A stretch of 64,000 bases of DNA from Balanoglossus misakiensis. Lineage: Eukaryota > Animalia > Hemichordata. This document shows, in pieces, positions 36,901-50,181 of the stretch (position 1 is its first letter; the number at the start of each line of letters is the position of its first letter). The stretch is taken from positions 1 to 64,000 of the forward strand of contig CM082580.2 in NCBI GenBank assembly GCA_040954595.2, read 5' to 3'. The notes beneath the pieces were generated by a model, which searched no databases, was not told where the DNA came from, and worked only from the letters and a program-made list of their open reading frames with translations. The position numbers were made by a program, and so were the translations under genes.

Positions 36901-37372
36901 AACCTTTGCGTCAACATTGATTAACCAGGCCATGCAGAGCTAGTGGCCAGTGTCGTGCCCATCAATTTTGAGTGTTTGGTGGGGTCAACCTTTGCGTCAA
37001 CATTGATTAACCAGGCCATGCAGAGCTAGTGGCCAGTGTCGTGCCCATCAATTTTGAGTGTTTGGTGGGGTCAACCTTTGCGTCAACATTGATTAACCAG
37101 GCCATGCAGAGCTAGTGGCCAGTGTCGTGCCCATCAATTTTGAGTGTTTGGTGGGGTCAACCTTTGCGTCAACATTGATTAACCAGGCCATGCAGAGCTA
37201 GTGGCCAGTGTCGTGCCCATCAATTTTGAGTGTTTGGTGGGGTCAACCTTTGCGTCAACATTGATTAACCAGGCCATGCAGAGCTAGTGGCCAGTGTCGT
37301 GCCTATTAATTTTGAGTGTTTGGTAGGGTCAACCTTTGCGTCAACATTGATTAACCAGGCCATGCAGAGCTA
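33999..37372 (+). repeat. 82-86-bp tandem satellite, ~40 copies, with higher-order structure
   Basis: Unit TAGTGGCCAGTGTCGTGCCCATTAATTTTGAGTGTTTGGTGGGGTCAACCTTTGCGTCAACATTGATTAACCAGGCC(ATGC)AGAGC; no unique spacers. Confidence 0.97.
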
Positions 37373-37974
37373 CATGTATGTTGCCTGTAAGGCACACATC
37401 TCCAATTGGTACATTGGGCCTATCATACTGTACATGTACAACTAGGAAAATGTACTTCATCATATTTCCATAGTCAGCAGCTTCAAGAACATGTTGCCTT
37501 CTCTATATGAATGTTTAGACTAAAAAGAAGTATAAGAAGAATAAAGTTGTCCAATTATTGTTGGCAGGGGGTGGGGATGTGTGCTCCCATACAAATGTAT
37601 ATGGGTATGTACTCTTTAAGAAAAACCTTCATATGCAAGAGAAAAATGGTAAATGACAAAGAAAATTTGACTGGTATTACAATAGGTCGGGTTTTTGGCA
37701 TTTACACATATTGATGTTATCAACCGGGAAGCACACTACATGCTGAAAATAATTGGAGACCTCTCGCCCGGGGTGTCGGCCAGTGGCCACATACATTTCC
37801 AGTCCTAAACCTTGCATCAGTTCTGTGGTGCGGATTAAGAAATAAGATTGGCGCTACAATATGCCCACTTAGTTTGAAATGGATTCTGCATATATACATG
37901 TAAACACATTGAAAATGAGATATTACACATATAATCATGGGACAAGAAGGGCAAAAATTAAATTATCCAGCAGG

Positions 37975-38660
37975 TGTTCGAATTATGCAAATTAGAACAG
38001 TTGTCTAATATTGCCATGTCAACCACGTTGAAATTGTTTTAGGTACCCATATTAATTAAAACCGTGAAAATGCGATATTACACACCATATAAGACAAACC
38101 AGGGAAATTTACATGTTAGAGAAGTTTGTCGGCCATTTGGATTATGCAAATTAGAACAGTTGTCTAATATTGCCATGTCAACCACGCTGAAATTGTTTTA
38201 GTTACCCATATTGATGAAAACCCTGCAAATGCGATTTTAGGCACCATATAAGACAAAACAGGGAAATTTACATTTAAGAAGAGTTTGGTGGCCATTTTGG
38301 ATTATGCAAATTAGAACAGCTGTCTAATATTGCCATGTCAACGACGTTGAAATTGTTTTAGGTACCCATATTGATGAAAACCCTGCAAATGCGATATTAC
38401 ACACTATTAAAGACAACCATAGTAAATTTACATGTTAGAGAAGTTTGTCGGCCATTCTAGATTATGCAAATTAGAACAGCTGTATAACATTGCAATGTCA
38501 ACCACGTTGAAATTGTTTTAGGTACCCATATTGATGAAAACCCTTCAAATGCGATACTACACACTATTTAAGACGACCATAGGAAATTTACATGTTAGAG
38601 GAGTTTGGCGGCCATTTTGGACTATGCAAATGAGAAGAGTTGAACAAAAAATGCCATATT
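37975..38660 (+). repeat. ~160-bp tandem array, ~4.3 copies
   Basis: ATTATGCAAATTAGAACAG at 37982, 38141, 38301, 38461, and degenerate at 38621. Confidence 0.9.
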
Positions 38661-39039
38661 TGCAATGCTGTTGTCTTGTTTTGGGTGCCTATGTTAAGGC
38701 TTGAAAATGAAAGCTTATTCACCATTTTGGCACAAACAGTGGCGAGAAGGTGTTCCAATGCAACTTAGAAGAGTTGCCATATTTGCAATACAGTTATATT
38801 GTTTAAGGTATGAATGCAAATCCTGAATATTAGATTTATAACAATTTCATTGGAAAGAACATTTGTAGGTTCATCATTGACCCCATAGGACTGTCAACTC
38901 GACTACAGACAGTCTCGATGAACACAAGACATGATCCCAATTTGCAAGCTGAGTTGAAACTGACTGCTGCAGTAACTTTAGCTCTGGGAATGTCTTGTGT
39001 GATTTAAAGCAATTGATGACCAAATTTAACACAGTTTCT

Positions 39040-39900
39040 CTGAGGTAACCACTTAGCTTTCGTGACTGGTTGTTTAAGAATCCAAAAAACATGAATTCTA
39101 CCCAATGAATTCAACCCTTAGAATTTCACAACTGTAACAGAGTTTGCAGTCATGCACAAAAGTGTGTATCATACACATAGGAAATTTCTCACATGTATTT
39201 TTATGATGGCAATGCATTTGACTGTAAACAAACATTGACATCAGTCAGTAGCGCTATTTTGTCAGTGAAATGGCTTCATCATCATCCCTCCAACCAAAGT
39301 TGAAACTGAGTTGCAAATATTGCACAGCTTGAAATCATAAAATGTTGCAAAATTGAACCAACAGTTCGGTCAATGATCAAGTTCTTACAGCTATTATTAG
39401 AACCAGACAATCTCAGCGAACAAGAGACATGGGCCTTATTTGCAAGTCGAGTTAGAACTGCCTTTGCCTGCCCACGGACGCCCCAGTTTCAGCAAAAATT
39501 ATTGCATCAAAATGTGAGTATGGAGAACTATGCTCTGTGTTTCTTTTGTTAGCTTACATAGCTGTTGTCATTCTAGTTTTTCCTCTGTCCTGTGAACAGA
39601 GTTTCAGTTGCGAAAACCGACAGTTCTCAAAGTACAAAAGTACACCGAAATTGCCTCGGTGATGAGCATGCAGAATTTATCTGATGCTTTTTACTGGCAG
39701 AAGGACCCCACCAGTTGCAGATTGTCAATTCCATGGCACAAGGGAATTTACGCTTTGCGTTCAAATATAAATAATTAACACCTGTTTAATTTTTCTATAT
39801 GTTCTTAAGTGATGATTCAAAAGTATTATGACTGCTAGTGTGATTAATATTCTATTTTCAAAATGTGTTTCTCTTAATGATTATGAATACATCAAAATTT
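39040..39900 (+). repeat. Dispersed repeat; inverted copy at ~50700-51575, direct copy at ~59540-60430
   Basis: For example, ATCATCATCCCTCCAACCAAAGTTGAAACTGAGTTGCAAATATTGCACAGC at 39278 and 59775, with its reverse complement at ~51297-51350. Confidence 0.9.
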
Positions 39901-40289
39901 ATGCTTTAAAATTAAATAATTATACCTGAAATATTGCAAATATTTGGAGGGGTGCATTTAATTTGAAGTTCTCGATCAAAGTTTTAGGCATAAAAAAGGT
40001 GCTACACCCCCGAAAAATTGGTAGCTATGAATTCAATTCAAAGAGTGTTGTAATGTGTGTTTTGCAACAGGGTGCCAGTTCAACAAAGCGCATGAGGTAG
40101 TCCATGGGCCAGGACCCGATTTTTCATGAATTGGTATCAGAAAGATGGACAAAGCCTCATGTGGTTTTTTGGAAAGGCCTATATCTCTAGATTATAAATT
40201 GGGGTGATAGCCCTGCCTATCGAGTAGCTTTCTGCATTTTTTCCCTCAAAAACTAATGTAAGAACATAAAAATTTCCGACCCAAATTTT

Positions 40290-41380
40290 GGGGGTAGGGG
40301 AACTTTAAATTGCTGTATCTCCAGCAAAACTAAAGCCAGAACAGTCATTTACCACTCAAATTGTGTGTTTTTTAGAACTCTACCAATATAATATATTTTG
40401 GTGGTAATTCGTTTTGAATTGAGGTCAATAGAGGTCAAAAGGTCATGAAATTTGGGTCATTCTGAAAATTTGTAGTATGACTATTTCTTGAACGATAGTT
40501 TTGAACTTAAATCTTTCAATGTCATTTAGAAGATAAAATACTCTCCAAGAATGTATTTCAAACCAATAGAAAATCTTATTATTCATTTATGACCAGAAAA
40601 ACACAAATAAGGAGAAACGACAGAAAGACATCCAATTTTCCACTCAGATTTAAGGGTAGGGGAAACTTAAGTTCTTGTAACTCCGGCAAAAATAAACCCA
40701 GATCAGTCATCTACCACTCAAATTGTGTGTTTTTAGAACTCTACCAATATAATATATTTTGGTGGTAATTCGTTTTGAATTAAGGCCAATAGAGGTCAAA
40801 AGGTCATGAAATTTGGGTCATTCTGAACATTTGTAGTATGACTATTTCTTGAACGATTTTTTTGAACTTAAGTCTTTAAATGTCATTTAGAAGATAAAAT
40901 ACTCTCCCAGAATCTATTTCAAACCAATAAAAAACCCTATTATTCAATTACGATCAGAAAAACACAAATACAGAGATACGGAAGAATGGCACAAGACTTC
41001 AGACCCTGATATTGGGGTAGGGGAAACTTAAGTTCTTGTAACTCCGGCAAAAATAAAGCCAGAACAGTCATCTACCTCTCAAATTGTGTGTTTTTTTCGC
41101 ACTCTAGCGATTGTATATGTATTTGTTGCAATTTTGTTATGAATTTAGGTCAAAGAGGTCAAAAGATCACAAGATTTGGGTAATTTCGAAAAATTATGGT
41201 ACGAACATTTCCCGCATTAATTGTTTAAACCCAAGTCTTCAAATGTCATTTATGAGATAAAATACTCTACACGATTTTTTTCAGACCAATTGAAGACCTT
41301 ATTATTCAATTAAAATCAGAAAAAAAATTAGTAGAGAAACGGGATAATAACAAACAATTCCCACGGATTTTGGGGTAGGT
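40290..41380 (+). repeat. Subterminal ~362-bp tandem repeats (3 copies), mirrored at ~43550-44645
   Basis: GGGTAGGGGAA(A)CTT at ~40291, 40653 and 41015. Confidence 0.9.
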
Positions 41381-41697
41381 TTGGCCATCTAACAGGTAAG
41401 TATACACCCAACTGATCATGCACATATGGTGTTTAGGAGAACGGAGGTGCAGATTTGTGAACCTTTGCATGCTGCTCATGTGCACTGTACTTGTATGATG
41501 ATTCCTAACAATACTACGAGAAGGGGCCATTATAGCATTGTAGCTCTGATTGTGTATTATTGTTGGATACCATCCTACAGTGTACAGGCACAGCAGATGA
41601 CAAGCCAAGCAAAGGTTCAAAAATCTGCTTATTTTTTTTCCTCAACACAATATGAGCATGATCTATTTATATTCAGGTCCACTATAATAAATAAAAA

Positions 41698-42279
41698 ATG
41701 GCAAACCCATCTTCTATTCCACACAAGAGGGCTCGACGGGATTGTTTTCTCGACTGTCATGAATCCGACCATAAAGCAAGCCTCGTTACTCTACAAGATC
41801 ACGCCTCCTGGATAACTTTGCTGAATACAGCTAACATACAAAAATACAAACCAATTCAGGACCTCGCCATTGGTTTGGGCGAAGGTGAAATTCCTCAGGT
41901 GCAGTACCATCGGAAATGCCGAAGTCTCTTTACGATGAAAAAGGCTCTTGAATCTATCCTTTCTAAAGAGCAGTCGTCATCAACTGAGGGAACAAATACA
42001 CTGGAACGTGAAAAGAGGTCGAGCATACAAGGGTCTCGGGTGTACGATCATATTTGCCTATTTTGCTCCACCACCAAGTACATGAAGGGAAGTAGGACAA
42101 GAGCTCCTTTAGTTCGTTGTCAGCAATTGCGTACGGACAACACATTTAGGGAGGCAGCAACAAGAAAAAATGACAGTAAAATTCGTGCACTTCTCAGTCG
42201 TGAGTTGGTTGCTGCTGAGGGTCACTATCTTAGAAAGTGTTATAGGGACTATACAAGGCCTGATATTCAAGCAGCGTAA
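41698..42279 (+). pseudogene. Truncated N-terminus of a putative large transposon protein (YHRKC / CLFC...ELVAAEGHY.RKCY motifs), left arm
   Basis: 193-aa ORF preceded by a candidate 5' UTR intron 41396-41676; truncated at the palindrome junction; no catalytic core visible. Confidence 0.7.
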
Positions 42280-43230
42280 GCAGGATTAGAGCAGATGTGG
42301 TGATGATACTTTCATGTGATTGTTTTTCTGCTGCAAGAAGTTCTTTTCTTGCAGCATTGTACTTCAGATCAACAGTACCTTTATCTAGTGATGACGGATA
42401 TACAAGCACCCTACCATTTACATCATCCCAAAAAATCAATGTCCCTTTGAATTCCGTATTTAGCGTATGCTGCAAGTTTTGTTGGTGGAATTGTTAACCT
42501 GTTTAACACCAAGTTGGAGCATTTTGGTAACTAACTTGTTTGATAGATCAGTCAGGGGAACTACCTCGGGGTTTGTGAACAAATCATTTCTGATAAAAGA
42601 AAATAACTCTTCTTGAGCAATTTGCAGGACATCCTCATAACTAGTATCTTGACCATGTTGACTTTCATCAACCTCCATATGACTTGAACCTGCTCTATGA
42701 TAGTGACCCTCAGCAGCAACCAACTCACGACTGAGAAGTGCACGAATTTTACTGTCATTTTTTCTTGTTGCTGCCTCCCTTAATGTGTTGTCCGCACGCA
42801 ATTGCTGACAACGAACTAAAGGAGCTCTTGTCCTACTTCCCTTCATGTACTTGGTGGTGGAGCAAAATATGCAAATATGATCGTACACCCGAGACCCTTG
42901 TATGCTCGACCTCTTTTCACGTTCCAGTGTATTTGTTCCCTCAGTTGATGACGACTGCTCTTTAGAAAGGATAGATTCAAGAGCCTTTTTCATCGTAAAG
43001 AGACTTCGGCATTTCCGATGGCACTGCACCTGAGGAATTTCACCTTCGCCCAAACCAATGGCGAGGTCCTGAATTGGTTTGTATTTTTGTATGTTAGCTG
43101 TATTCAGCAAAGTTATCCAGAAGGCGTGATCTTGTAGAGTGACGAGGCTTGCTTTATGGTCGGATTCATGACAGTCGAGAAAACAATCCCGTCGAGCCCT
43201 CTTGTGTGGAATAGAAGATGGGTTTGCCAT
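42275..43230 (-). pseudogene. Same protein, right arm; extends further, with a 36-bp in-frame deletion and a frameshift near 42470
   Basis: 256-aa ORF 42460-43230 continues in another frame as TEFKGTLIFWDDVNGRVLVYPSSL. Confidence 0.7.
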
Positions 43231-45845
43231 TTTTTATTTATTATAGTGGACCTGAATATAAATAGATCATGCTCATATTGTGTTGAGGAAAAAAAAAATA
43301 AGCAGATTTTTGAACCTTTGCTTGGCTTGTCATCTGCTGTGCCTGTACACTGTAGGATGGTATCCAACAATAATACACAATCAGAGCTACAATGCTATAA
43401 TGGCCCTTTCTCGTAGTATTGTTAGGAATCATCATACAAGTACAGTGCACATGAGCAGCATGCAAAGGTTCACAAATCTGCACCTCCGTTCTCCTAAACA
43501 CCATATGTGCATGATCAGTTGGGTGTATACTTACCTGTTAGATGGCCAAACCTACCCCAAAATCCGTGGGAATTGTTTGTTATTATCCCGTTTCTCTACT
43601 AATTTTTTTTTCTGATTTTAATTGAATAATAAGGTCTTCAATTGGTCTGAAAAAAATCGTGTAGAGTATTTTATCTCATAAATGACATTTGAAGACTTGG
43701 GTTTAAAAAATTAATGCGGGAAATGTTCGTACCATAATTTTTCGAAATTACCCAAATCTTGTGATCTTTTGACCTCTTTGACCTAAATTCAAAATAAAAT
43801 TGCAACAAATACATATTACAATCGGTAGAGTGCTAAAAAACACACAATTTGAGAGGTAGATGACTAATCTGGCTTTATTTTTGACCGGAGTTACAACTAC
43901 TTAAGTTTCCCCTACCCCAATATCAGGGTCTGAAGTCTTGTGCCATTCTTCCGTATCTCTGTATTAGTGTTTTTCTGATCGTAATTGAATAATAGGTTTT
44001 TTTATTGGTTTGAAATAGATTCTGGGAGAGTATTTTATCTTCTAAATGACATTTAAAGACTTAAGTTCAAAAAAATCGTTCAAGAAATAGTCATACTACA
44101 AATGTTCAGAATGACCCAAATTTCATGACCTTTTGACCTCTATTGACCTTAATTCAAAACGAATTACCACCAAAATATATTATATTGGCAGAGTTCTAAA
44201 AAACACACAATTTGAGTGGTAGATGACTGTTCTGGGTTTATTTTTGCCGGAGTTACAAGAACTTAAGTTTCCCCTACCCTTAAATCTGAGTGGAAAATTG
44301 GATGTCTTTCTGTCGTTTCTCTTTATTTGTGTTTTTCTGGTCATAAATGAATAATAAGATTTTCTATTGGTTTGAAATAGATTCTGGGAGAGTATTTTAT
44401 CTTGTAAATGACATTTGAAGACTTAAGTTCAAAAAAATCGTTCAAGAAATAGTCATACTACAAATTTTCAGAATGACCCAAATTTCATGACCTTTTGACC
44501 TCTACTGACCTCAATTCAAAACGAATTACCACCAAAATATATTATATTGGTAGAGTTCTAAAAAACACACAATTTGAGTGGTAAATGACTGTTCTGGCTT
44601 TAGTTTTGCTGGAGTTACAGCAATTTAAAGTTCCCCTACCCCCAAAATTTGGGTCGGAAATTTTTATGTTCTTACATTAGTTTTTGAGGGAAAAAATGCA
44701 GAAAGCTACTCGATAGGCAGGGCTATCACCCCAATTTATAATCTAGAGATATAGGCCTTTCCAAAAAACCACATGAGGCTTTGTCCATCTTTCTGATACC
44801 AAATTCCTGTCTGGCCCATGGACTAAGGATAGTAAATCACCTTTGTGAATTTTGTGCACCACAGTAAGAATTCCCTAGAAACTGCAAACTAAATTGCAAA
44901 GCAATCAGACAAAAATGGCAGTAATTGCCAAAAAAAAAAAAACAATATTGTCACTTCCATCACTGGGTTTGTTAAATTGTCATAAAATCACACCTAAGAA
45001 CATGCAAACCAAATTTTAAAAAAAATGTGGGTAGAGGTTTCTGAGTATATGACGACCAAAATCACCCCAAAATATACTTCAAAAATGAAAAATAAAATCT
45101 GTATAAAGTCTCAATAACATAAATACACACCAATTTCTAAAGCAATCTGACCAGTACCTTCTTGAGTTTCTGAGTTTAGAACAATTTCACATTGGTCCCA
45201 ATGGTATATTGACATATACAAAATTGGACCTAAAGAGTAAAACACATTTCAAAGATTTTACAATTAAAGCCTCACAAGCTGCCAAATTTTACACATCTTT
45301 TTCCACAATAACATTTTTCAAATCATCCACCTATCCTTTAAAATCAGCACCATTGAGCCATATTACTTGAATTTGCATGGGGTTTGTCATTTCTCTGCGA
45401 TGTGTACCCTCCATATGGAGGCTGATTAAAACAGGTGTGGCGCTCGTTTAATATCTGACTTCTTTAAATTGCAACATACAGGCACATTCATTAGTCAATA
45501 AAATGTTCATGTATACCTATCAGTCAGTTTGTTTAGATGAACAAATCTAAGATGGAAAGTAATATCATGAAAATACTGAAAGATTGGAAACTCTGAGTTT
45601 GAGTCTAAGGATAACAAGGGAACCTCTCTACTATTTGACGCACCAAAGCTATGAAAAACTTCCTTCTTTCCCTCAAATATTTTTTATGAATATGTTCTAC
45701 TCCGTGATTAAAATTTCCCTTTTACCAAATGTACATATGTAAGAGACGAGATTTTTTCAGCAAAATTTCAAATGGCCTAGGGTGACTTTTTACCTACTTA
45801 CCCATATTGGGTAGCATGAAACACAGAATGGCATACCAGTGGGTT

Positions 45846-47022
45846 AGAGATACAGCGTTTTATATTAACATGAATTAACATGAATTTAAAAATTTGATGG
45901 TTTACTTAGGACTGCCTTGATCCATGGTAACCTCATTAAATATGTACATATCTAATTCTAGGCTATCCAGTTGCGGTAGAAACCTGGACATGGACAACTT
46001 TGGGGTCAAAATCTTTTGACAAAATGTTGGGTGTTCTTGGGTAAACTTTGACCTACATTCCTATATCTTGGCATCCGGCACAGATACATCCTTGACACTT
46101 GGAGTGATGGAACTGCATAATGGAGTATTATGTCTCAGCTAGTCACAGTGCTTTTGCTGTGTTTTATGTCTTTTATTCAGCCAAATTAGATGTTTTTCAT
46201 TACACATTGGCTGTGTTTGCCAGTACTTTTTAGCTGGTCACACTGCCTTAACACAATGTATTCTCAAAATACTCTGCAATCTTAATGAAGCATATACAGC
46301 AGACAAAGTTGTGGTAAGACTAAACTTGCCCTTCTTTGTGATTAAAGCATGACCGGCCTGTCTTAGGTGGCCCCTACCTAGGGGCTTTACCCGTCATTGG
46401 CTCACAGTCTGAGAAATCAGCTCTGCAGGGAAGTTAACGATGTAACCCACCATTAAAGCTTGGATTTCCGCTTTTTGTATTTGATGCCTGGCTGAGGCCT
46501 TCTTAGGATCTACCCAACGCTGAGTAGGCTATCCCGTCATTGGCACACAGTCTCAGGGAGGGAGTCAAAAGTTCAGTATACCATCAAAGCCTTTATATTG
46601 TCCATTCTTTTTAAGAGAAGGCTGGCTGCTGTAGAAAAATGTTGATCTCAAATTTATCATGTCCAAAAAGCCAGACTTCCAGCCCTATTGGTTAGGCTGG
46701 CATTAGGTAAGTACATAATTAATGAGGCAAGACATAATACTCAATCAAATAGTTCCATCACTCCAAGTGTCAAGGTTGTATCTGCTCCGGATGCTAAAAT
46801 ATAGGAATGTAGGTCAAAGTTTACCCAAGATCACACAAATGTTTGTCAAAAGATTTTGACCCCGAAGTTGTCCATGTCCAGGTTTCTACTTCAGCTGAAT
46901 AGCCTAGAATTAGATATGCACATATTTAACGAGGTTACCATTGCTCAGGGGGGTCTTAAATTAACCATCAAATTTTAGTTTCATATTAATGCATATTAAT
47001 ATAAAACACTGTATCTCTAACC
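45846..47022. repeat. Nested cassette: ~290-bp inverted repeats around a ~590-bp core; second copy at ~62112-63285
   Basis: CCTGGACATGGACAACTTTGGGGTCAAAATCTTTTGACAAA at 45983 against its reverse complement at 46842-46882. Confidence 0.85.
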
Positions 47023-47573
47023 CTACAGGTAAGCCTAGAATTAGGTACATGTACATGCGTAAGTTTTTGACAAGACAGTTAAGCTGTAATATATGTACAT
47101 GAACCTTGACAATTGACTTAAAATAACATAAAGGCAGAACTGATACTGATTGGAGATAGATATTACTAATGACAGTGATGTTAATTACACCAGGAATGTT
47201 TGTCTTAGTATACGGTAGCTAACCGACTGCTTGAGGTTAAGTAATGAAAGTGCCCACTTGCGATTCACCTTCAAATAGCTACTTAGTCTTTGGTACATGT
47301 ACATTGTTTTTCCAATGATTAGACAAAGGATATACATACGTGTAATTAAGGTTGGGTAGCATTTTCAATGTAATAAGCCCTGCCTTCACTATAATCTTAC
47401 ACCAAATCAACACTGTTCAGGAATGTGATAGGCTTCAAAGCGACGCTAGTTACATCATAATTCCCAGCAAGGGGTATTAGTTTATTGGGCAAGTGGCATG
47501 AGTGAGGCCAGACATTAGTTTTGGAAGCAAAGCGGACAGAACACTGCCGGGCATAGACTAGGTAGTTCTGAAT

Positions 47574-49066
47574 AGTCATGTTTCATAAGTCAGGTCCATG
47601 ACATATGTACCGACATCTGTGATTGGTCCATCTGGTATTCTTAGGTCCACTTGAGGCACGGTGATTGGAGGGACCTTATGTGTTAGGTCTTATTATTATG
47701 TATTATTCACTAGACCTTGTAGGTTAGGTCTTATTACTATGTATTATTCACTTTACAGCTCCCTGATTGGTTAATGTGTAGGTCTGGTCCTCCAGTGTTC
47801 ACTGCCTCATTATGCAGGACCTTGTAGGTTAGGTCTTATTAACATGCATTTATTCAATTTTCAGCTCCCTGATTGGTTAATGTGTAGGTCTCCAATTTTC
47901 ACTGCCTCGTTATGCAAAGTCTTTTGTACTTTCTGAATACAGTTGTCGTATTCTGTCTGGCATGCTGCCTGCGCGTTGTCGAAGCTCGATCCCAGTGTAT
48001 AAAGAAAGGCACTCATATAATGATTGGATTTAACCTTTCCTTCACTATTCATGGCATTTTTTTGTGATACTGTGAACTAGATACTCGAAATAAAAATTGC
48101 CAGGAGATTTTTTTTATTTTATTTCCAGTGGCGGTTTGTTGAAATGGGCTAGTGTTTTGTTACGTAATGCTTTTCAGCGCATCACTTCGTGTAACACCTG
48201 GCTGAATACGAAGTGTGTGCTATTAATTCGAGCAAACCAAAAATATCTTACAATAGAACTGTTTAGAATAGCATTGCATTTCTTTAATTGGGATACCTCA
48301 TTAGTTGCTTTACAGGTATGATTACTTTTATTGTACTTCTTTCACGAAGCTGCACCGTCATAGTTCCATTTTTATGAAAACAATATACGAATGTATAAAC
48401 GGACAACGTACTCCTTTTCACAACATCTACGTCAAAACAAATTTACTTTAAAATAGTAAAACAACAATAATAATATTGATGATGAGAAGTAGGAGGGTGA
48501 TTTAAGAAAATATACAACTGTTAGCAAAAATGCTTAGATGTGTTAATCAGATTTTCGAAGTCCATCTAAAAATTTTAATCTTTCCAGGGTGCGGTTTATG
48601 TTGGAGATAGTATCAGTCAGGCTATTTCTCAGAAAATTAATGAATGACCTGCGGACATCCCGAATAATGTGTTACCACAACGCTAGCCAGGAAGCACATG
48701 GGACATTTCACAATGAGGCAGTGAACACTGGGAGACCAGACTGACACGTTAACCAATCAGGGAGCTGTATGGTGAATAAATACATATTAATATGACCTAA
48801 CCTACAAGGTCCTGTATTATGAGGCAGTGAACACATGGGGGACCAGACTGACACGTTAACCAATCAGGGAGCTGTAAAGCGAAAAATGCATAGTAATAAG
48901 ACCTAACCTACAAGGTCTAGTGAATAATACATAATAATAAGACCTAACCTACAAGGTCCCTCCAATCAGCGTGCCGCAAGTGGACCTAAGAGAAGCGGAT
49001 AAACCAATCAAAACATGCAATACATGTGTATAGGACGTGTAATGTAGGTCATTTTGAAACAGGACT
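47574..49066. mobile_element. 1.49-kb TIR element with ~330-bp internally repetitive TIRs and 3-bp TSD AAT
   Basis: AGTCATGTTTCA...TGAAACAGGACT; AAT at 47571 and 49067; the empty site CTGAATGTG is reverse-complemented at 61565-61573. Confidence 0.85.
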
Positions 49067-50181
49067 AATGTGACCATGGACGTTACCACATTAGACTCTG
49101 TATTGTAAGTTTCTGAAGAATCGCAAAAAATCATCAACAGTCTACATGTACTTCAACCTTGTGAGAAGTACTGTATAACACACAGGATATACTAGTCACT
49201 GTTGGTCAGGTTATTACACACTGTGGTCCCATCTGGGGATTACACAAAATTAGGTATGTCTGTGTTCATGGGAAAAATCATGTGACATTGGCAAGCAGAT
49301 ATGACCTACTGTAAGAACATTTCAAAGGAACCAGACAAGTATTTTAGGGAAAACAACATTCAACAATGACAAAAACTGCCTCAAACCACATCTATCCAAC
49401 TATCAACAAATTGTATAATATCTACTTCAATCACCACGCCTACCAAACTTGAAAGCAATCTGACTAGTAGTTTCAAAGAATACAAATTGCAAAAATTGCC
49501 CCAAGACCACAATATGTAAATTTCACCAAAATGATATACAACATTACTTGGGTTACCTCTTGGAACAAGCATACCAAAATTTAAAAGCAATCTAAGGAGT
49601 TTCTCAGAAAATGAATTTTGACCAAAAATGACAGATTACAAATTCTGCGACAATTTAAACAAAACCAACTAAGATCACCTACCGGAAGTGTCATACTAAA
49701 TTCTAAAGAAATCAGCCAATCTCTTTAAGAGGAAAAGATTTTTTTTCAAATGGTAAAACAAGACAAAATAATTGCATAAAAAATAGACAATTCACGATAT
49801 AAACTCAAAGTATATCAGGTATGATGACATTACCTACATGCATACAAATGTTCAAAGCAGTCTAACCAGTTGTTGAGTTTTGATCAATTCCACATATTTC
49901 ACAGGTTATTTGCGTATTTTTGCATTGACAACTTCATTTCAGCAAAATCCCATCTACACACCAAAATAAAAAAAGCATGGTTTCATGTTTTGGATCAGGG
50001 CAGACATACATCCATATATACATGTAACATGCATACACACATGTACACACACACACAAACACATGCATACATGGCTGCATACATACATACATACATACAT
50101 ACATACATACATACATACATACATACATACAGAGGGAAACGGTCTGGTAATCAATGTTGTGACACTAGCATTAGGCCTTAA

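Larger units (their letters stand above)
40098..44825. mobile_element. 4.7-kb palindromic element formed from two head-to-head 5' ends of a DNA transposon
   Basis: Termini TAGTCCATGGGCCAG...CTGGCCCATGGACTA; AGG on both sides; ~2.1-kb near-identical arms (40130-42228/42702-44802). Confidence 0.9.

Noticed and set aside
33999-37372. CRISPR array
   Set aside because: Whole units repeat with no unique spacers, there are no cas genes, and the context is eukaryotic.
40098-44825. Long-read foldback assembly artefact
   Set aside because: Arms differ by substitutions, a terminal indel and a 36-bp deletion, and they end at matching termini. Spanning reads are still desirable.
47861-48321. Transposase remnants inside the 1.49-kb TIR element
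   Set aside because: Short ORFs with no recognisable catalytic motif.
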